A model generated the notes under the pieces. It saw only the letters and a list, made by a program, of their open reading frames with translations. It ran no database searches and was not told where the DNA came from. Shown here piece by piece: positions 16,591 to 29,364 of a stretch of 64,000 bases of DNA; position 1 is the first letter of the stretch, and each line of letters opens with the position of its first letter. The translations under genes and the position numbers were made by a program. This stretch comes from Escherichia coli (GTDB lineage Bacteria; Pseudomonadota; Gammaproteobacteria; Enterobacterales; Enterobacteriaceae). The DNA lies in NCBI RefSeq assembly GCF_003334305.1, contig NZ_QOWS01000006.1, one strand, 5' to 3'.

Positions 16591-18315
16591 ATGGAGATGT
16601 TGTCTGGAGCCGAGATGGTCGTCCGATCGCTTATCGATCAGGGCGTTAAACAAGTATTCGGTTATCCCGGAGGCGCAGTCCTTGATATTTACGATGCATT
16701 GCATACCGTGGGTGGTATTGATCATGTATTAGTTCGTCATGAGCAGGCGGCGGTGCATATGGCCGATGGCCTGGCGCGTGCGACCGGGGAAGTCGGCGTC
16801 GTGCTGGTAACGTCGGGTCCAGGGGCGACCAATGCGATTACCGGCATCGCCACCGCTTATATGGATTCCATTCCATTAGTTGTCCTTTCCGGGCAGGTAG
16901 CGACCTCGTTGATAGGTTACGATGCCTTTCAGGAGTGCGACATGGTGGGGATTTCGCGACCGGTGGTTAAACACAGTTTTCTGGTTAAGCAAACGGAAGA
17001 CATTCCGCAGGTGCTGAAAAAGGCTTTCTGGCTGGCGGCAAGTGGTCGTCCTGGACCAGTAGTCGTTGATTTACCGAAAGATATTCTTAATCCGGCGAAC
17101 AAATTACCCTATGTCTGGCCGGAGTCGGTTAGTATGCGTTCTTACAATCCCACTACTACCGGACATAAAGGGCAAATTAAGCGTGCTCTGCAAACGCTGG
17201 TGGCGGCAAAAAAACCGGTTGTCTACGTAGGCGGTGGGGCAATCACGGCGGGCTGCCATCAGCAGTTGAAAGAAACGGTGGAGGCGTTGAATCTGCCCGT
17301 TGTTTCCTCATTGATGGGCCTGGGGGCATTTCCGGCAACGCATCGTCAGGCGCTGGGCATGCTGGGAATGCACGGCACCTACGAAGCCAATATGACGATG
17401 CATAACGCGGATGTGATTTTCGCCGTCGGGGTAAGATTTGATGACCGAACGACGAATAATCTGGCAAAGTACTGCCCAAATGCCACTGTTCTGCATATCG
17501 ATATTGATCCTACTTCCATTTCTAAAACCGTGACTGCTGATATCCCGATTGTGGGGGATGCTCGCCAGGTCCTCGAACAAATGCTTGAACTCCTGTCGCA
17601 AGAATCCGCCCATCAACCGCTGGATGAGATCCGCGACTGGTGGCAGCAGATTGAACAGTGGCGCGCTCGTCAGTGCCTGAAATATGACACTCACAGTGAA
17701 AAGATTAAACCGCAGGCGGTGATCGAGACTCTTTGGCGGTTGACGAAGGGAGACGCTTACGTGACGTCCGATGTCGGGCAGCACCAGATGTTTGCTGCAC
17801 TTTATTATCCATTCGACAAACCGCGTCGCTGGATCAATTCCGGTGGCCTCGGCACGATGGGTTTTGGTTTACCTGCGGCACTGGGCGTCAAAATGGCGTT
17901 GCCAGAAGAAACCGTGGTTTGCGTCACTGGCGACGGCAGTATTCAGATGAACATCCAGGAACTGTCTACCGCGTTGCAATACGAGTTGCCGGTACTGGTG
18001 GTGAATCTCAATAACCGCTATCTGGGGATGGTGAAACAGTGGCAGGACATGATCTATTCCGGCCGTCATTCACAATCTTATATGCAATCACTACCCGATT
18101 TCGTCCGTCTGGCGGAAGCCTATGGTCACGTCGGGATCCAGATCTCTCATCCGCATGAGCTGGAAAGCAAACTTAGCGAGGCGCTGGAACAGGTGCGCAA
18201 TAATCGCCTGGTGTTTGTTGATGTTACCGTCGATGGCAGTGAGCACGTCTACCCGATGCAGATTCGCGGGGGCGGAATGGATGAAATGTGGTTAAGCAAA
18301 ACGGAGAGAACCTGA
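16591..18315 (+). CDS. ilvI: Acetolactate synthase III large subunit IlvI
   Basis: [38 protein letters not shown]... TPP-dependent enzyme, 574 aa; start internal to ORF-track 16507. Confidence 0.96.
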   Translation: MEMLSGAEMVVRSLIDQGVKQVFGYPGGAVLDIYDALHTVGGIDHVLVRHEQAAVHMADGLARATGEVGVVLVTSGPGATNAITGIATAYMDSIPLVVLSGQVATSLIGYDAFQECDMVGISRPVVKHSFLVKQTEDIPQVLKKAFWLAASGRPGPVVVDLPKDILNPANKLPYVWPESVSMRSYNPTTTGHKGQIKRALQTLVAAKKPVVYVGGGAITAGCHQQLKETVEALNLPVVSSLMGLGAFPATHRQALGMLGMHGTYEANMTMHNADVIFAVGVRFDDRTTNNLAKYCPNATVLHIDIDPTSISKTVTADIPIVGDARQVLEQMLELLSQESAHQPLDEIRDWWQQIEQWRARQCLKYDTHSEKIKPQAVIETLWRLTKGDAYVTSDVGQHQMFAALYYPFDKPRRWINSGGLGTMGFGLPAALGVKMALPEETVVCVTGDGSIQMNIQELSTALQYELPVLVVNLNNRYLGMVKQWQDMIYSGRHSQSYMQSLPDFVRLAEAYGHVGIQISHPHELESKLSEALEQVRNNRLVFVDVTVDGSEHVYPMQIRGGGMDEMWLSKTERT

Positions 18316-18317
18316 TT

Positions 18318-18809
18318 ATGCGCCGGATATTATCAGTCTTACTCGAAAATGAATCAGGCGCGTTATCCCGCGTGATTGGCCTTTTTTCCCAGCGTGGCTA
18401 CAACATTGAAAGCCTGACCGTTGCGCCAACCGACGATCCGACATTATCGCGTATGACCATCCAGACCGTGGGCGATGAAAAAGTGCTTGAGCAGATCGAA
18501 AAGCAATTACACAAGCTGGTCGATGTCTTGCGCGTGAGTGAGTTGGGGCAGGGCGCGCATGTTGAGCGGGAAATCATGCTGGTGAAAATTCAGGCCAGCG
18601 GTTACGGGCGTGACGAAGTGAAACGTAATACGGAAATATTCCGTGGGCAAATTATCGATGTCACCCCCTCGCTTTATACCGTTCAATTAGCAGGCACCAG
18701 CGATAAGCTTGATGCATTTTTAGCATCGATTCGCGATGTGGCGAAAATTGTGGAAGTTGCTCGCTCTGGTGTGGTCGGACTTTCGCGCGGCGATAAAATA
18801 ATGCGTTGA
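18318..18809 (+). CDS. ilvH: Acetolactate synthase III small (regulatory) subunit IlvH
   Basis: [40 protein letters not shown]... ACT domain, 163 aa. Confidence 0.96.
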   Translation: MRRILSVLLENESGALSRVIGLFSQRGYNIESLTVAPTDDPTLSRMTIQTVGDEKVLEQIEKQLHKLVDVLRVSELGQGAHVEREIMLVKIQASGYGRDEVKRNTEIFRGQIIDVTPSLYTVQLAGTSDKLDAFLASIRDVAKIVEVARSGVVGLSRGDKIMR

Positions 18810-18834
18810 GAATGATCTCAGTGCGCAATTTGCA

Positions 18835-18862
18835 GCCCAACATGTCACGTTGGGCTTTTTTT
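18835..18862 (+). terminator. ilvIH intrinsic terminator
   Basis: Hairpin gcccaac-atgtcac-gttgggc followed by a T7 run. Confidence 0.8.
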
Positions 18863-18988
18863 GCGAAATCAGTGGGAACCTGGAATAAAAGCAGTTGCCG
18901 CAGTTAATTTTCTGCGCTTAGATGTTAATGAATTTAACCCATACCAGTACAATGGCTATGGTTTTTACATTTTACGCAAGGGGCAATT

Positions 18989-19993
18989 GTGAAACTGGAT
19001 GAAATCGCTCGGCTGGCGGGAGTGTCGCGGACCACTGCAAGCTATGTTATTAACGGCAAAGCGAAGCAATACCGTGTGAGCGACAAAACCGTTGAAAAAG
19101 TCATGGCTGTGGTGCGTGAGCACAATTACCACCCGAACGCCGTGGCAGCTGGGCTTCGTGCTGGACGCACACGTTCTATTGGTCTTGTGATCCCCGATCT
19201 GGAGAACACCAGCTATACCCGCATCGCTAACTATCTTGAACGCCAGGCGCGGCAACGGGGTTATCAACTGCTAATTGCCTGCTCAGAAGATCAGCCAGAC
19301 AACGAAATGCGCTGTATTGAGCACCTTTTACAGCGTCAGGTCGATGCCATTATTGTTTCGACGTCGTTGCCTCCTGAGCATCCTTTTTATCAACGCTGGG
19401 CTAACGACCCGTTCCCGATTGTCGCGCTGGACCGCGCCCTCGATCGTGAACACTTCACCAGCGTGGTTGGTGCCGATCAGGATGATGCCGAAATGCTGGC
19501 GGAAGAGTTACGTAAGTTTCCCGCCGAGACGGTGCTTTATCTTGGCGCGCTGCCGGAGCTTTCTGTCAGCTTCCTGCGTGAACAAGGTTTCCGTACTGCC
19601 TGGAAAGATGATCCGCGCGAAGTGCATTTCCTGTATGCCAACAGCTATGAGCGGGAGGCGGCTGCCCAGTTATTCGAAAAATGGCTGGAAACGCATCCGA
19701 TGCCGCAGGCGCTGTTCACAACGTCGTTTGCGTTGTTGCAAGGGGTGATGGATGTAACGCTACGTCGCGATGGTAAACTGCCTTCTGACCTGGCAATTGC
19801 CACCTTTGGCGATAACGAACTGCTCGACTTCTTACAGTGCCCGGTGCTGGCAGTGGCTCAACGTCACCGCGATGTCGCAGAGCGTGTGCTGGAGATTGTC
19901 CTGGCAAGCCTGGACGAACCGCGTAAGCCAAAACCTGGTTTAACGCGCATTAAACGTAATCTCTATCGTCGCGGTGTGCTCAGCCGTAGCTAA
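18989..19993 (+). CDS. cra: Catabolite repressor/activator Cra (FruR), LacI family
   Basis: GTG start; (M)[56 protein letters not shown]... Confidence 0.95.
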   Translation: MKLDEIARLAGVSRTTASYVINGKAKQYRVSDKTVEKVMAVVREHNYHPNAVAAGLRAGRTRSIGLVIPDLENTSYTRIANYLERQARQRGYQLLIACSEDQPDNEMRCIEHLLQRQVDAIIVSTSLPPEHPFYQRWANDPFPIVALDRALDREHFTSVVGADQDDAEMLAEELRKFPAETVLYLGALPELSVSFLREQGFRTAWKDDPREVHFLYANSYEREAAAQLFEKWLETHPMPQALFTTSFALLQGVMDVTLRRDGKLPSDLAIATFGDNELLDFLQCPVLAVAQRHRDVAERVLEIVLASLDEPRKPKPGLTRIKRNLYRRGVLSRS

Positions 19994-20499
19994 GCCGCGA
20001 ACAAAAATACGCGCCAGGTGAATTTCCCTCTGGCGCGTAGAGTACGGGAATGGACATCAATATCCTTAAAGTAAATAAGACTATTCCTGACTATTATTGA
20101 TAAGTTCTTTTAAACCCGCCCGTTAATTAACTCACCAGCTGAAATTCACAATAATTAAGTGATATCGACAGCGCGTTTTTGCATTATTTTGTTACATGCA
20201 GAGATGAATTGCCGATTTAACAAGCACTTTTCTTTGCTTTTGCGCAAACCCGCTGGCATCAAGCGCCACACAGACGCAACAGGGACTGTTAACCGGGGAA
20301 GATATGTCCTAAAATGCCGCTCGCGTCGCAAACTGACACTTTATATTTGCTGTGGAAAATAGTGAGTCATTTTAAAACGGTGATGACGATGAGGGATTTT
20401 TTCTTACAGCTATTCATAACGTTAATTTGCTGCGCACGTTGGACGTAAAATAAACAACGCTGATATTAGCCGTAAACATCGGGTTTTTTACCTCGGTAT

Positions 20500-20594
20500 G
20501 CCTTGTGACTGGCTTGACAAGCTTTTCCTCCGCTCCGTAAACTCCTTTCAGTGGGAAATTGTGGGGCAAAGTGGGAATAAGGGGTGAGGCTGGC
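20500..20594 (+). promoter_or_regulatory. Pmra promoter of the dcw cluster with MraZ-binding direct repeats
   Basis: TTGACA at ~20513-20518, then three direct repeats with a 10-bp period (GTGGGaaattGTGGGgcaaaGTGGGaataag, ~20550-20580) immediately upstream of mraZ. MraZ binding to GTGGG repeats is established. Confidence 0.75.
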
Positions 20595-21053
20595 ATGTTC
20601 CGGGGAGCAACGTTAGTCAATCTCGACAGCAAAGGGCGCTTATCAGTGCCTACCCGTTACCGGGAACAGCTGCTTGAGAACGCTGCCGGTCAAATGGTTT
20701 GCACCATTGACATTCATCACCCGTGCCTGCTGCTTTACCCCCTGCCTGAATGGGAAATTATCGAGCAAAAATTATCGCGTCTGTCGAGCATGAACCCGGT
20801 TGAGCGCCGTGTGCAGCGCCTACTGTTAGGTCATGCCAGCGAATGTCAGATGGATGGCGCAGGTCGATTGTTAATCGCGCCAGTACTGCGGCAACATGCC
20901 GGGCTGACAAAAGAAGTGATGCTGGTTGGACAGTTCAACAAGTTTGAGCTGTGGGATGAAACAACCTGGCATCAACAGGTCAAGGAAGATATCGACGCAG
21001 AGCAGTTGGCTACCGGAGACTTATCGGAGCGACTGCAGGACTTGTCTCTATAA
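20595..21053 (+). CDS. mraZ: Transcriptional regulator MraZ
   Basis: [60 protein letters not shown]..., 152 aa; start internal to ORF-track 20559. Confidence 0.95.
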
Positions 21054-21054
21054 A

Positions 21055-21996
21055 ATGATGGAAAACTATAAACATACTACGGTGCTGCTGGATGAAGCCG
21101 TTAATGGCCTCAATATCCGTCCTGATGGCATCTACATTGATGGGACTTTTGGTCGCGGTGGTCACTCACGTCTGATCCTCTCGCAGCTTGGCGAAGAGGG
21201 GCGTTTGCTGGCGATCGATCGCGACCCGCAGGCTATCGCCGTTGCGAAGACTATTGATGATCCGCGCTTCTCCATCATCCACGGACCTTTCTCCGCGCTG
21301 GGCGAATACGTTGCCGAGCGCGATCTTATCGGCAAGATCGACGGCATTCTCCTCGATCTTGGCGTCTCTTCACCGCAACTTGATGATGCTGAGCGCGGCT
21401 TTTCCTTTATGCGCGATGGTCCGCTGGACATGCGTATGGACCCAACCCGTGGGCAGTCAGCCGCTGAATGGCTACAAACCGCAGAAGAAGCCGATATCGC
21501 CTGGGTATTGAAAACCTATGGTGAAGAGCGTTTTGCCAAACGCATTGCCCGCGCCATTGTCGAGCGTAATCGCGAACAGCCGATGACCCGCACCAAAGAA
21601 CTGGCGGAAGTCGTGGCTGCTGCAACGCCGGTGAAAGATAAGTTTAAACATCCCGCGACTCGTACCTTCCAGGCGGTGCGCATTTGGGTAAACAGTGAAC
21701 TGGAGGAGATAGAGCAGGCGCTAAAAAGCTCGCTCAACGTGCTGGCCCCGGGAGGGCGGCTTTCGATCATCAGCTTCCACTCGCTGGAAGACCGTATTGT
21801 GAAACGTTTTATGCGTGAAAACAGCCGCGGTCCGCAAGTTCCGGCAGGGTTACCGATGACTGAAGAGCAGCTCAAAAAACTGGGTGGCCGTCAGCTGCGA
21901 GCATTAGGCAAGTTAATGCCGGGCGAAGAAGAGGTGGCTGAGAATCCTCGTGCCCGTAGTTCAGTTCTGCGTATCGCAGAGAGGACGAACGCATGA
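21055..21996 (+). CDS. rsmH: 16S rRNA m4C1402 methyltransferase RsmH (MraW)
   Basis: [45 protein letters not shown]..., 313 aa; ATG 2 nt after the mraZ stop. Confidence 0.95.
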
Positions 21997-22358
21997 TCAG
22001 CAGAGTGACAGAAGCTCTAAGCAAAGTTAAAGGATCGATGGGAAGCCACGAGCGCCATGCATTGCCTGGTGTTATCGGTGACGATCTTTTGCGATTTGGG
22101 AAGCTGCCACTCTGCCTGTTCATTTGCATTATTTTGACGGCGGTGACCGTGGTAACCACGGCGCACCATACCCGTTTACTGACCGCTCAGCGCGAACAAC
22201 TGGTGCTGGAGCGAGATGCTTTAGACATTGAATGGCGCAACCTGATCCTTGAAGAGAATGCGCTCGGCGACCATAGCCGGGTGGAAAGGATCGCCACGGA
22301 AAAGCTGCAAATGCAGCATGTTGATCCGTCACAAGAAAATATCGTAGTGCAAAAATAA
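21993..22358 (+). CDS. ftsL: Cell division protein FtsL
   Basis: 121 aa, [63 protein letters not shown]... Overlaps rsmH stop (ATGA). Confidence 0.95.
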
Positions 22359-22373
22359 GGATAAACGCGACGC

Positions 22374-24140
22374 ATGAAAGCAGCGGCGAAAACGCAGAAA
22401 CCAAAACGTCAGGAAGAACATGCCAACTTTATTAGTTGGCGTTTTGCGTTGTTATGCGGCTGTATTCTCCTGGCGCTGGCTTTTCTGCTCGGACGCGTAG
22501 CGTGGTTACAAGTTATCTCCCCGGATATGCTGGTGAAAGAGGGCGACATGCGTTCTCTTCGCGTTCAGCAAGTTTCCACCTCCCGCGGCATGATTACTGA
22601 CCGTTCTGGTCGCCCGTTAGCGGTGAGCGTGCCGGTAAAAGCGATTTGGGCTGACCCGAAAGAAGTGCATGACGCTGGCGGTATCAGCGTCGGTGACCGC
22701 TGGAAGGCGCTGGCTAACGCGCTCAATATTCCGCTGGATCAGCTTTCTGCCCGCATTAACGCCAACCCGAAAGGGCGCTTTATTTATCTGGCGCGTCAGG
22801 TAAACCCTGACATGGCGGACTACATCAAAAAATTGAAACTGCCGGGGATTCATCTGCGTGAAGAATCTCGCCGTTATTATCCATCCGGCGAAGTGACTGC
22901 TCACCTCATCGGCTTTACTAACGTCGATAGTCAGGGGATTGAGGGCGTTGAGAAGAGTTTCGATAAATGGCTTACCGGGCAGCCGGGTGAGCGCATTGTG
23001 CGTAAAGACCGCTATGGTCGCGTAATTGAAGATATTTCTTCTACTGACAGCCAGGCGGCGCACAACCTGGCGTTGAGTATTGATGAACGCTTGCAGGCGC
23101 TGGTTTATCGCGAACTGAACAACGCGGTGGCCTTTAACAAGGCTGAATCCGGTAGCGCCGTGCTGGTGGATGTCAACACCGGTGAAGTGCTGGCGATGGC
23201 TAACAGCCCGTCATACAACCCTAACAATCTGAGCGGCACGCCGAAAGAGGCGATGCGTAACCGTACCATCACCGACGTGTTTGAACCGGGCTCAACGGTT
23301 AAACCGATGGTGGTAATGACCGCGTTGCAACGTGGCGTGGTGCGGGAAAACTCGGTACTCAATACCATTCCTTATCGAATTAACGGCCACGAAATCAAAG
23401 ACGTGGCACGCTACAGCGAATTAACCCTGACCGGGGTATTACAGAAGTCGAGTAACGTCGGTGTTTCCAAGCTGGCGTTAGCGATGCCGTCCTCAGCGTT
23501 AGTAGATACTTACTCACGTTTTGGACTGGGAAAAGCGACCAATTTGGGGTTGGTCGGAGAACGCAGTGGCTTATATCCTCAAAAACAACGGTGGTCTGAC
23601 ATAGAGAGGGCCACCTTCTCTTTCGGCTACGGGCTAATGGTAACACCGTTACAGTTAGCGCGAGTCTACGCAACTATCGGCAGCTACGGCATTTATCGCC
23701 CACTGTCGATTACCAAAGTTGACCCCCCGGTTCCCGGTGAACGTGTCTTCCCGGAATCCATTGTTCGCACCGTGGTGCATATGATGGAAAGCGTGGCGCT
23801 ACCAGGCGGCGGCGGCGTGAAAGCGGCGATTAAAGGCTATCGTATCGCCATTAAAACCGGTACCGCGAAAAAGGTCGGGCCGGACGGTCGCTACATCAAT
23901 AAATATATTGCTTATACCGCAGGCGTTGCGCCTGCGAGTCAGCCGCGCTTCGCGCTGGTTGTTGTTATCAACGATCCGCAGGCGGGTAAATACTACGGCG
24001 GCGCCGTTTCCGCGCCGGTCTTTGGTGCCATCATGGGCGGCGTATTGCGTACCATGAACATCGAGCCGGATGCGCTGACAACGGGCGATAAAAATGAATT
24101 TGTGATTAATCAAGGCGAGGGGACAGGTGGCAGATCGTAA
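22374..24140 (+). CDS. ftsI: Peptidoglycan D,D-transpeptidase FtsI (PBP3)
   Basis: 588 aa with the STVK active-site motif (…[12 protein letters not shown]…), SSN and KTG motifs. Confidence 0.97.
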   Translation: MKAAAKTQKPKRQEEHANFISWRFALLCGCILLALAFLLGRVAWLQVISPDMLVKEGDMRSLRVQQVSTSRGMITDRSGRPLAVSVPVKAIWADPKEVHDAGGISVGDRWKALANALNIPLDQLSARINANPKGRFIYLARQVNPDMADYIKKLKLPGIHLREESRRYYPSGEVTAHLIGFTNVDSQGIEGVEKSFDKWLTGQPGERIVRKDRYGRVIEDISSTDSQAAHNLALSIDERLQALVYRELNNAVAFNKAESGSAVLVDVNTGEVLAMANSPSYNPNNLSGTPKEAMRNRTITDVFEPGSTVKPMVVMTALQRGVVRENSVLNTIPYRINGHEIKDVARYSELTLTGVLQKSSNVGVSKLALAMPSSALVDTYSRFGLGKATNLGLVGERSGLYPQKQRWSDIERATFSFGYGLMVTPLQLARVYATIGSYGIYRPLSITKVDPPVPGERVFPESIVRTVVHMMESVALPGGGGVKAAIKGYRIAIKTGTAKKVGPDGRYINKYIAYTAGVAPASQPRFALVVVINDPQAGKYYGGAVSAPVFGAIMGGVLRTMNIEPDALTTGDKNEFVINQGEGTGGRS

Positions 24141-25614
24141 TTTGCGCGACCTTCTTGCTCCGTGGGTGCCAGACGCACCTTCGCGAGCACTGCGAGAGAT
24201 GACACTCGACAGCCGTGTGGCTGCGGCGGGCGATCTCTTTGTAGCTGTAGTAGGTCATCAGGCGGACGGGCGTCGATATATCCCGCAGGCGATAGCGCAA
24301 GGTGTGGCTGCCATTATTGCAGAGGCGAAAGGTGAGGCGACCGACGGTGAAATCCGTGAAATGCACGGCGTACCGGTCATCTATCTCAGCCAGCTCAACG
24401 AGCGTTTATCTGCACTGGCGGGCCGCTTTTACCATGAACCCTCTGACAATTTACGTCTCGTAGGCGTAACGGGCACCAACGGCAAAACCACGACTACCCA
24501 GCTGCTGGCGCAGTGGAGCCAACTGCTTGGCGAAACCAGCGCGGTAATGGGCACCGTTGGTAACGGTCTGCTGGGGAAAGTGATCCCGACAGAAAATACC
24601 ACCGGTTCGGCAGTCGATGTTCAGCATGAGCTGGCGGGGCTGGTGGATCAGGGCGCGACGTTTTGCGCAATGGAAGTTTCCTCCCACGGGCTGGTACAGC
24701 ACCGTGTGGCGGCATTGAAATTTGCGGCGTCGGTCTTTACCAACTTAAGCCGCGATCACCTTGATTATCATGGTGATATGGAACACTACGAAGCCGCGAA
24801 ATGGCTGCTTTATTCTGAACATCATTGTGGTCAGGCGATTGTTAACGCCGACGATGAAGTGGGCCGCCGCTGGCTGGCAAAACTGCCGGACGCGGTTGCG
24901 GTATCAATGGAAGATCATATCAATCCGAACTGTCACGGACGCTGGTTGAAAGCGACCGAAGTGAACTATCACGACAGCGGCGCGACCATTCGCTTTAGTT
25001 CAAGTTGGGGCGATGGCGAAATTGAAAGCCATCTGATGGGCGCTTTTAACGTCAGCAACCTGCTGCTCGCGCTGGCGACACTGCTGGCACTTGGCTACCC
25101 GCTGGCTGATCTGTTAAAAACCGCCGCGCGTCTGCAACCGGTTTGCGGACGTATGGAAGTGTTCACTGCGCCAGGCAAACCGACGGTGGTGGTGGATTAC
25201 GCGCATACGCCGGATGCACTGGAAAAAGCCTTACAGGCGGCGCGCCTGCACTGTGCGGGCAAGCTGTGGTGCGTCTTTGGCTGTGGTGGCGATCGCGATA
25301 AAGGTAAGCGTCCACTGATGGGCGCAATTGCCGAAGAGTTTGCTGACGTGGCGGTGGTGACGGACGATAACCCGCGTACCGAAGAACCGCGTGCCATCAT
25401 CAACGATATTCTGGCGGGAATGTTAGATGCCGGACATGCCAAAGTGATGGAAGGCCGTGCTGAAGCGGTGACTTGCGCCGTTATGCAGGCTAAAGAGAAT
25501 GATGTGGTACTGGTCGCGGGCAAAGGCCATGAGGATTACCAGATTGTTGGCAATCAGCGTCTGGACTACTCCGATCGCGTCACGGTGGCGCGTCTGCTGG
25601 GGGTGATTGCATGA
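24127..25614 (+). CDS. murE: UDP-MurNAc-tripeptide synthetase (meso-DAP adding) MurE
   Basis: 495 aa, GTG start overlapping the ftsI 3' end; Mur ligase motifs ([11 protein letters not shown]). Confidence 0.96.
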   Translation: MADRNLRDLLAPWVPDAPSRALREMTLDSRVAAAGDLFVAVVGHQADGRRYIPQAIAQGVAAIIAEAKGEATDGEIREMHGVPVIYLSQLNERLSALAGRFYHEPSDNLRLVGVTGTNGKTTTTQLLAQWSQLLGETSAVMGTVGNGLLGKVIPTENTTGSAVDVQHELAGLVDQGATFCAMEVSSHGLVQHRVAALKFAASVFTNLSRDHLDYHGDMEHYEAAKWLLYSEHHCGQAIVNADDEVGRRWLAKLPDAVAVSMEDHINPNCHGRWLKATEVNYHDSGATIRFSSSWGDGEIESHLMGAFNVSNLLLALATLLALGYPLADLLKTAARLQPVCGRMEVFTAPGKPTVVVDYAHTPDALEKALQAARLHCAGKLWCVFGCGGDRDKGKRPLMGAIAEEFADVAVVTDDNPRTEEPRAIINDILAGMLDAGHAKVMEGRAEAVTCAVMQAKENDVVLVAGKGHEDYQIVGNQRLDYSDRVTVARLLGVIA

Positions 25615-26969
25615 TTAGTGTAACCCTTAGCCAACTTACCGATATTCTCAACGGTGAACTGCAAGGTGCAGATATCACCCTTGATGCTGTAACCACTGAT
25701 ACCCGAAAACTGACGCCGGGCTGCCTGTTTGTTGCCCTGAAAGGCGAACGTTTTGATGCCCACGATTTTGCCGACCAGGCGAAAGCTGGCGGCGCAGGCG
25801 CACTACTGGTTAGCCGTCCGCTGGACATCGACCTGCCGCAGTTAATCGTCAAGGATACGCGTCTGGCGTTTGGTGAACTGGCTGCATGGGTTCGCCAGCA
25901 AGTTCCGGCGCGCGTGGTTGCTCTGACGGGGTCCTCCGGCAAAACCTCCGTTAAAGAGATGACGGCGGCGATTTTAAGCCAGTGCGGCAACACGCTTTAT
26001 ACGGCAGGCAATCTCAACAACGACATCGGTGTACCGATGACGCTGTTGCGCTTAACGCCGGAATACGATTACGCAGTTATTGAACTTGGCGCGAACCATC
26101 AGGGCGAAATAGCCTGGACTGTGAGTCTGACTCGCCCGGAAGCTGCGCTGGTCAACAACCTGGCAGCGGCGCATCTGGAAGGTTTTGGCTCGCTTGCGGG
26201 TGTCGCGAAAGCGAAAGGTGAAATCTTTAGCGGCCTGCCGGAAAACGGTATCGCCATTATGAACGCCGACAACAACGACTGGCTGAACTGGCAGAGCGTA
26301 ATTGGCTCACGCAAAGTGTGGCGTTTCTCACCCAATGCCGCCAACAGCGATTTCACCGCCACCAATATCCATGTGACCTCGCACGGTACGGAATTTACCC
26401 TACAAACCCCAACCGGTAGCGTCGATGTTCTGCTGCCGTTGCCGGGGCGTCACAATATTGCGAATGCGCTGGCAGCCGCTGCGCTCTCCATGTCCGTGGG
26501 CGCAACGCTTGATGCTATCAAAGCGGGGCTGGCAAATCTGAAAGCTGTTCCAGGCCGTCTGTTCCCCATCCAACTGGCAGAAAACCAGTTGCTGCTCGAC
26601 GACTCCTACAACGCCAATGTCGGTTCAATGACCGCCGCTGTTCAGGTACTGGCTGAAATGCCGGGCTACCGCGTGCTGGTGGTGGGCGATATGGCGGAAC
26701 TGGGCGCTGAAAGCGAAGCCTGCCATGTACAGGTGGGCGAAGCGGCAAAAGCTGCTGGTATTGACCGCGTGTTAAGCGTGGGTAAACAAAGCCATGCTAT
26801 CAGCACCGCCAGCGGCGTTGGCGAACATTTTGCTGATAAAACTGCGTTAATTACGCGTCTTAAATCACTGATTGCTGAGCAACAGGTAATTACGATTTTA
26901 GTTAAGGGTTCACGTAGTGCCGCCATGGAAGAGGTAGTACGCGCATTACAGGAGAATGGGACATGTTAG
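25611..26969 (+). CDS. murF: UDP-MurNAc-pentapeptide synthetase MurF
   Basis: 452 aa; Mur ligase P-loop ([13 protein letters not shown]); overlaps murE stop. Confidence 0.96.
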
Positions 26970-28045
26970 TTTGGCTGGCCGAACATTTGGTCAAATATTA
27001 TTCCGGCTTTAACGTCTTTTCCTATCTGACGTTTCGCGCCATCGTCAGCCTGCTGACCGCGCTGTTCATCTCATTGTGGATGGGCCCGCGTATGATTGCT
27101 CATTTGCAAAAACTTTCCTTTGGTCAGGTGGTGCGTAACGACGGTCCTGAATCACACTTCAGCAAGCGCGGTACGCCGACCATGGGCGGGATTATGATCC
27201 TGACGGCGATTGTGATCTCCGTACTGCTGTGGGCTTACCCGTCCAATCCGTACGTCTGGTGCGTGTTGGTGGTGCTGGTAGGTTACGGTGTTATTGGCTT
27301 TGTTGATGATTATCGCAAAGTGGTGCGTAAAGACACCAAAGGGTTGATCGCTCGTTGGAAGTATTTCTGGATGTCGGTCATTGCGCTGGGTGTCGCCTTC
27401 GCCCTGTACCTTGCCGGCAAAGACACGCCCGCAACGCAGCTGGTGGTCCCATTCTTTAAAGATGTGATGCCGCAGTTGGGGCTGTTCTACATTCTGCTGG
27501 CTTACTTCGTCATTGTGGGTACTGGCAACGCGGTAAACCTGACCGATGGTCTCGACGGCCTGGCAATTATGCCGACCGTATTTGTCGCCGGTGGTTTTGC
27601 GCTGGTGGCGTGGGCGACCGGCAATATGAACTTTGCCAGCTACTTGCATATACCGTATCTGCGACACGCCGGGGAACTGGTCATTGTCTGCACGGCGATA
27701 GTCGGGGCAGGACTGGGCTTCCTGTGGTTTAACACCTATCCGGCGCAGGTCTTTATGGGCGATGTAGGTTCGCTGGCGTTAGGTGGTGCGTTAGGCATTA
27801 TCGCCGTACTGCTACGTCAGGAATTCCTGCTGGTGATTATGGGGGGCGTGTTCGTGGTAGAAACGCTTTCTGTCATCCTGCAGGTCGGCTCCTTTAAACT
27901 GCGCGGACAACGTATTTTCCGCATGGCACCGATTCATCACCACTATGAACTGAAAGGCTGGCCGGAACCGCGCGTCATTGTGCGTTTCTGGATTATTTCG
28001 CTGATGCTGGTTCTGATTGGTCTGGCAACGCTGAAGGTACGTTAA
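26963..28045 (+). CDS. mraY: Phospho-MurNAc-pentapeptide translocase MraY
   Basis: 360-aa polytopic membrane protein [38 protein letters not shown]... Confidence 0.96.
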
Positions 28046-28047
28046 TC

Positions 28048-29364
28048 ATGGCTGATTATCAGGGTAAAAATGTCGTCATTATCGGCCTGGGCCTCACCGG
28101 GCTTTCCTGCGTGGACTTTTTCCTCGCTCGCGGTCTGACGCCGCGCGTTATGGATACGCGTATGACACCGCCTGGCCTGGATAAATTACCCGAAGCCGTA
28201 GAACGCCACACGGGCAGTCTGAATGATGAATGGCTGATGGCGGCAGATCTGATTGTCGCCAGTCCCGGTATTGCACTGGCGCATCCATCCTTAAGCGCTG
28301 CCGCTGATGCCGGAATCGAAATCGTTGGCGATATCGAGCTGTTCTGTCGCGAAGCACAAGCACCGATTGTGGCGATTACCGGTTCTAACGGCAAAAGCAC
28401 GGTCACCACGCTAGTGGGTGAAATGGCGAAAGCGGCGGGGGTTAACGTTGGTGTGGGTGGCAATATTGGCCTGCCAGCGTTGATGCTGCTTGATGCTGAG
28501 TGCGAACTGTACGTGCTGGAACTGTCGAGCTTCCAGCTGGAAACCACCTCCAGCTTACAGGCGGTAGCAGCGACCATTCTGAACGTGACTGAAGATCATA
28601 TGGATCGCTATCCGTTTGGTTTACAACAGTATCGTGCAGCAAAACTGCGCATTTACGAAAACGCGAAAGTTTGCGTGGTTAATGCTGATGATGCCTTAAC
28701 AATGCCGATTCGCGGTGCGGATGAACGCTGCGTCAGCTTTGGCGTCAACATGGGTGACTATCACCTGAATCATCAGCAGGGAGAAACCTGGCTGCGGGTT
28801 AAAGGCGAGAAAGTGCTGAATGTGAAAGAGATGAAACTTTCCGGGCAGCATAACTACACCAATGCGCTGGCAGCACTGGCACTGGCAGACGCAGCTGGTT
28901 TACCGCGCGCCAGCAGCCTGAAAGCGTTAACCACCTTCACCGGTCTGCCGCATCGCTTTGAAGTGGTGCTGGAGCACAATGGCGTACGCTGGATTAACGA
29001 TTCGAAAGCCACTAACGTCGGCAGTACGGAAGCGGCGTTGAATGGCTTGCAGGTAGACGGCACGCTGCATTTGTTGCTGGGCGGCGATGGTAAATCGGCG
29101 GACTTCAGTCCACTGGCGCGCTATCTGAATGGCGACAACGTGCGTTTGTACTGTTTTGGTCGTGACGGTGCGCAGCTGGCGGCGCTACGCCCGGAAGTGG
29201 CAGAACAAACCGAAACCATGGAACAAGCGATGCGCTTGCTGGCTCCGCGTGTTCAGCCGGGCGATATGGTTCTGCTCTCCCCGGCCTGTGCCAGCCTTGA
29301 TCAGTTCAAGAACTTTGAACAACGAGGCAATGAGTTTGCCCGTCTGGCGAAGGAGTTAGGTTGA
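28048..29364 (+). CDS. murD: UDP-MurNAc-L-Ala--D-Glu ligase MurD
   Basis: 438 aa; [29 protein letters not shown]..., Mur ligase motif ([13 protein letters not shown]). Confidence 0.96.

Noticed and set aside
20159-20632. Small ORFs (67 and 72 aa) in the 600-bp cra-mraZ intergenic region
   Set aside because: No convincing Shine-Dalgarno sequence and unremarkable composition; the region is occupied by the Pmra promoter and MraZ operator. Could still be checked by ribosome profiling, but the sequence gives no support.
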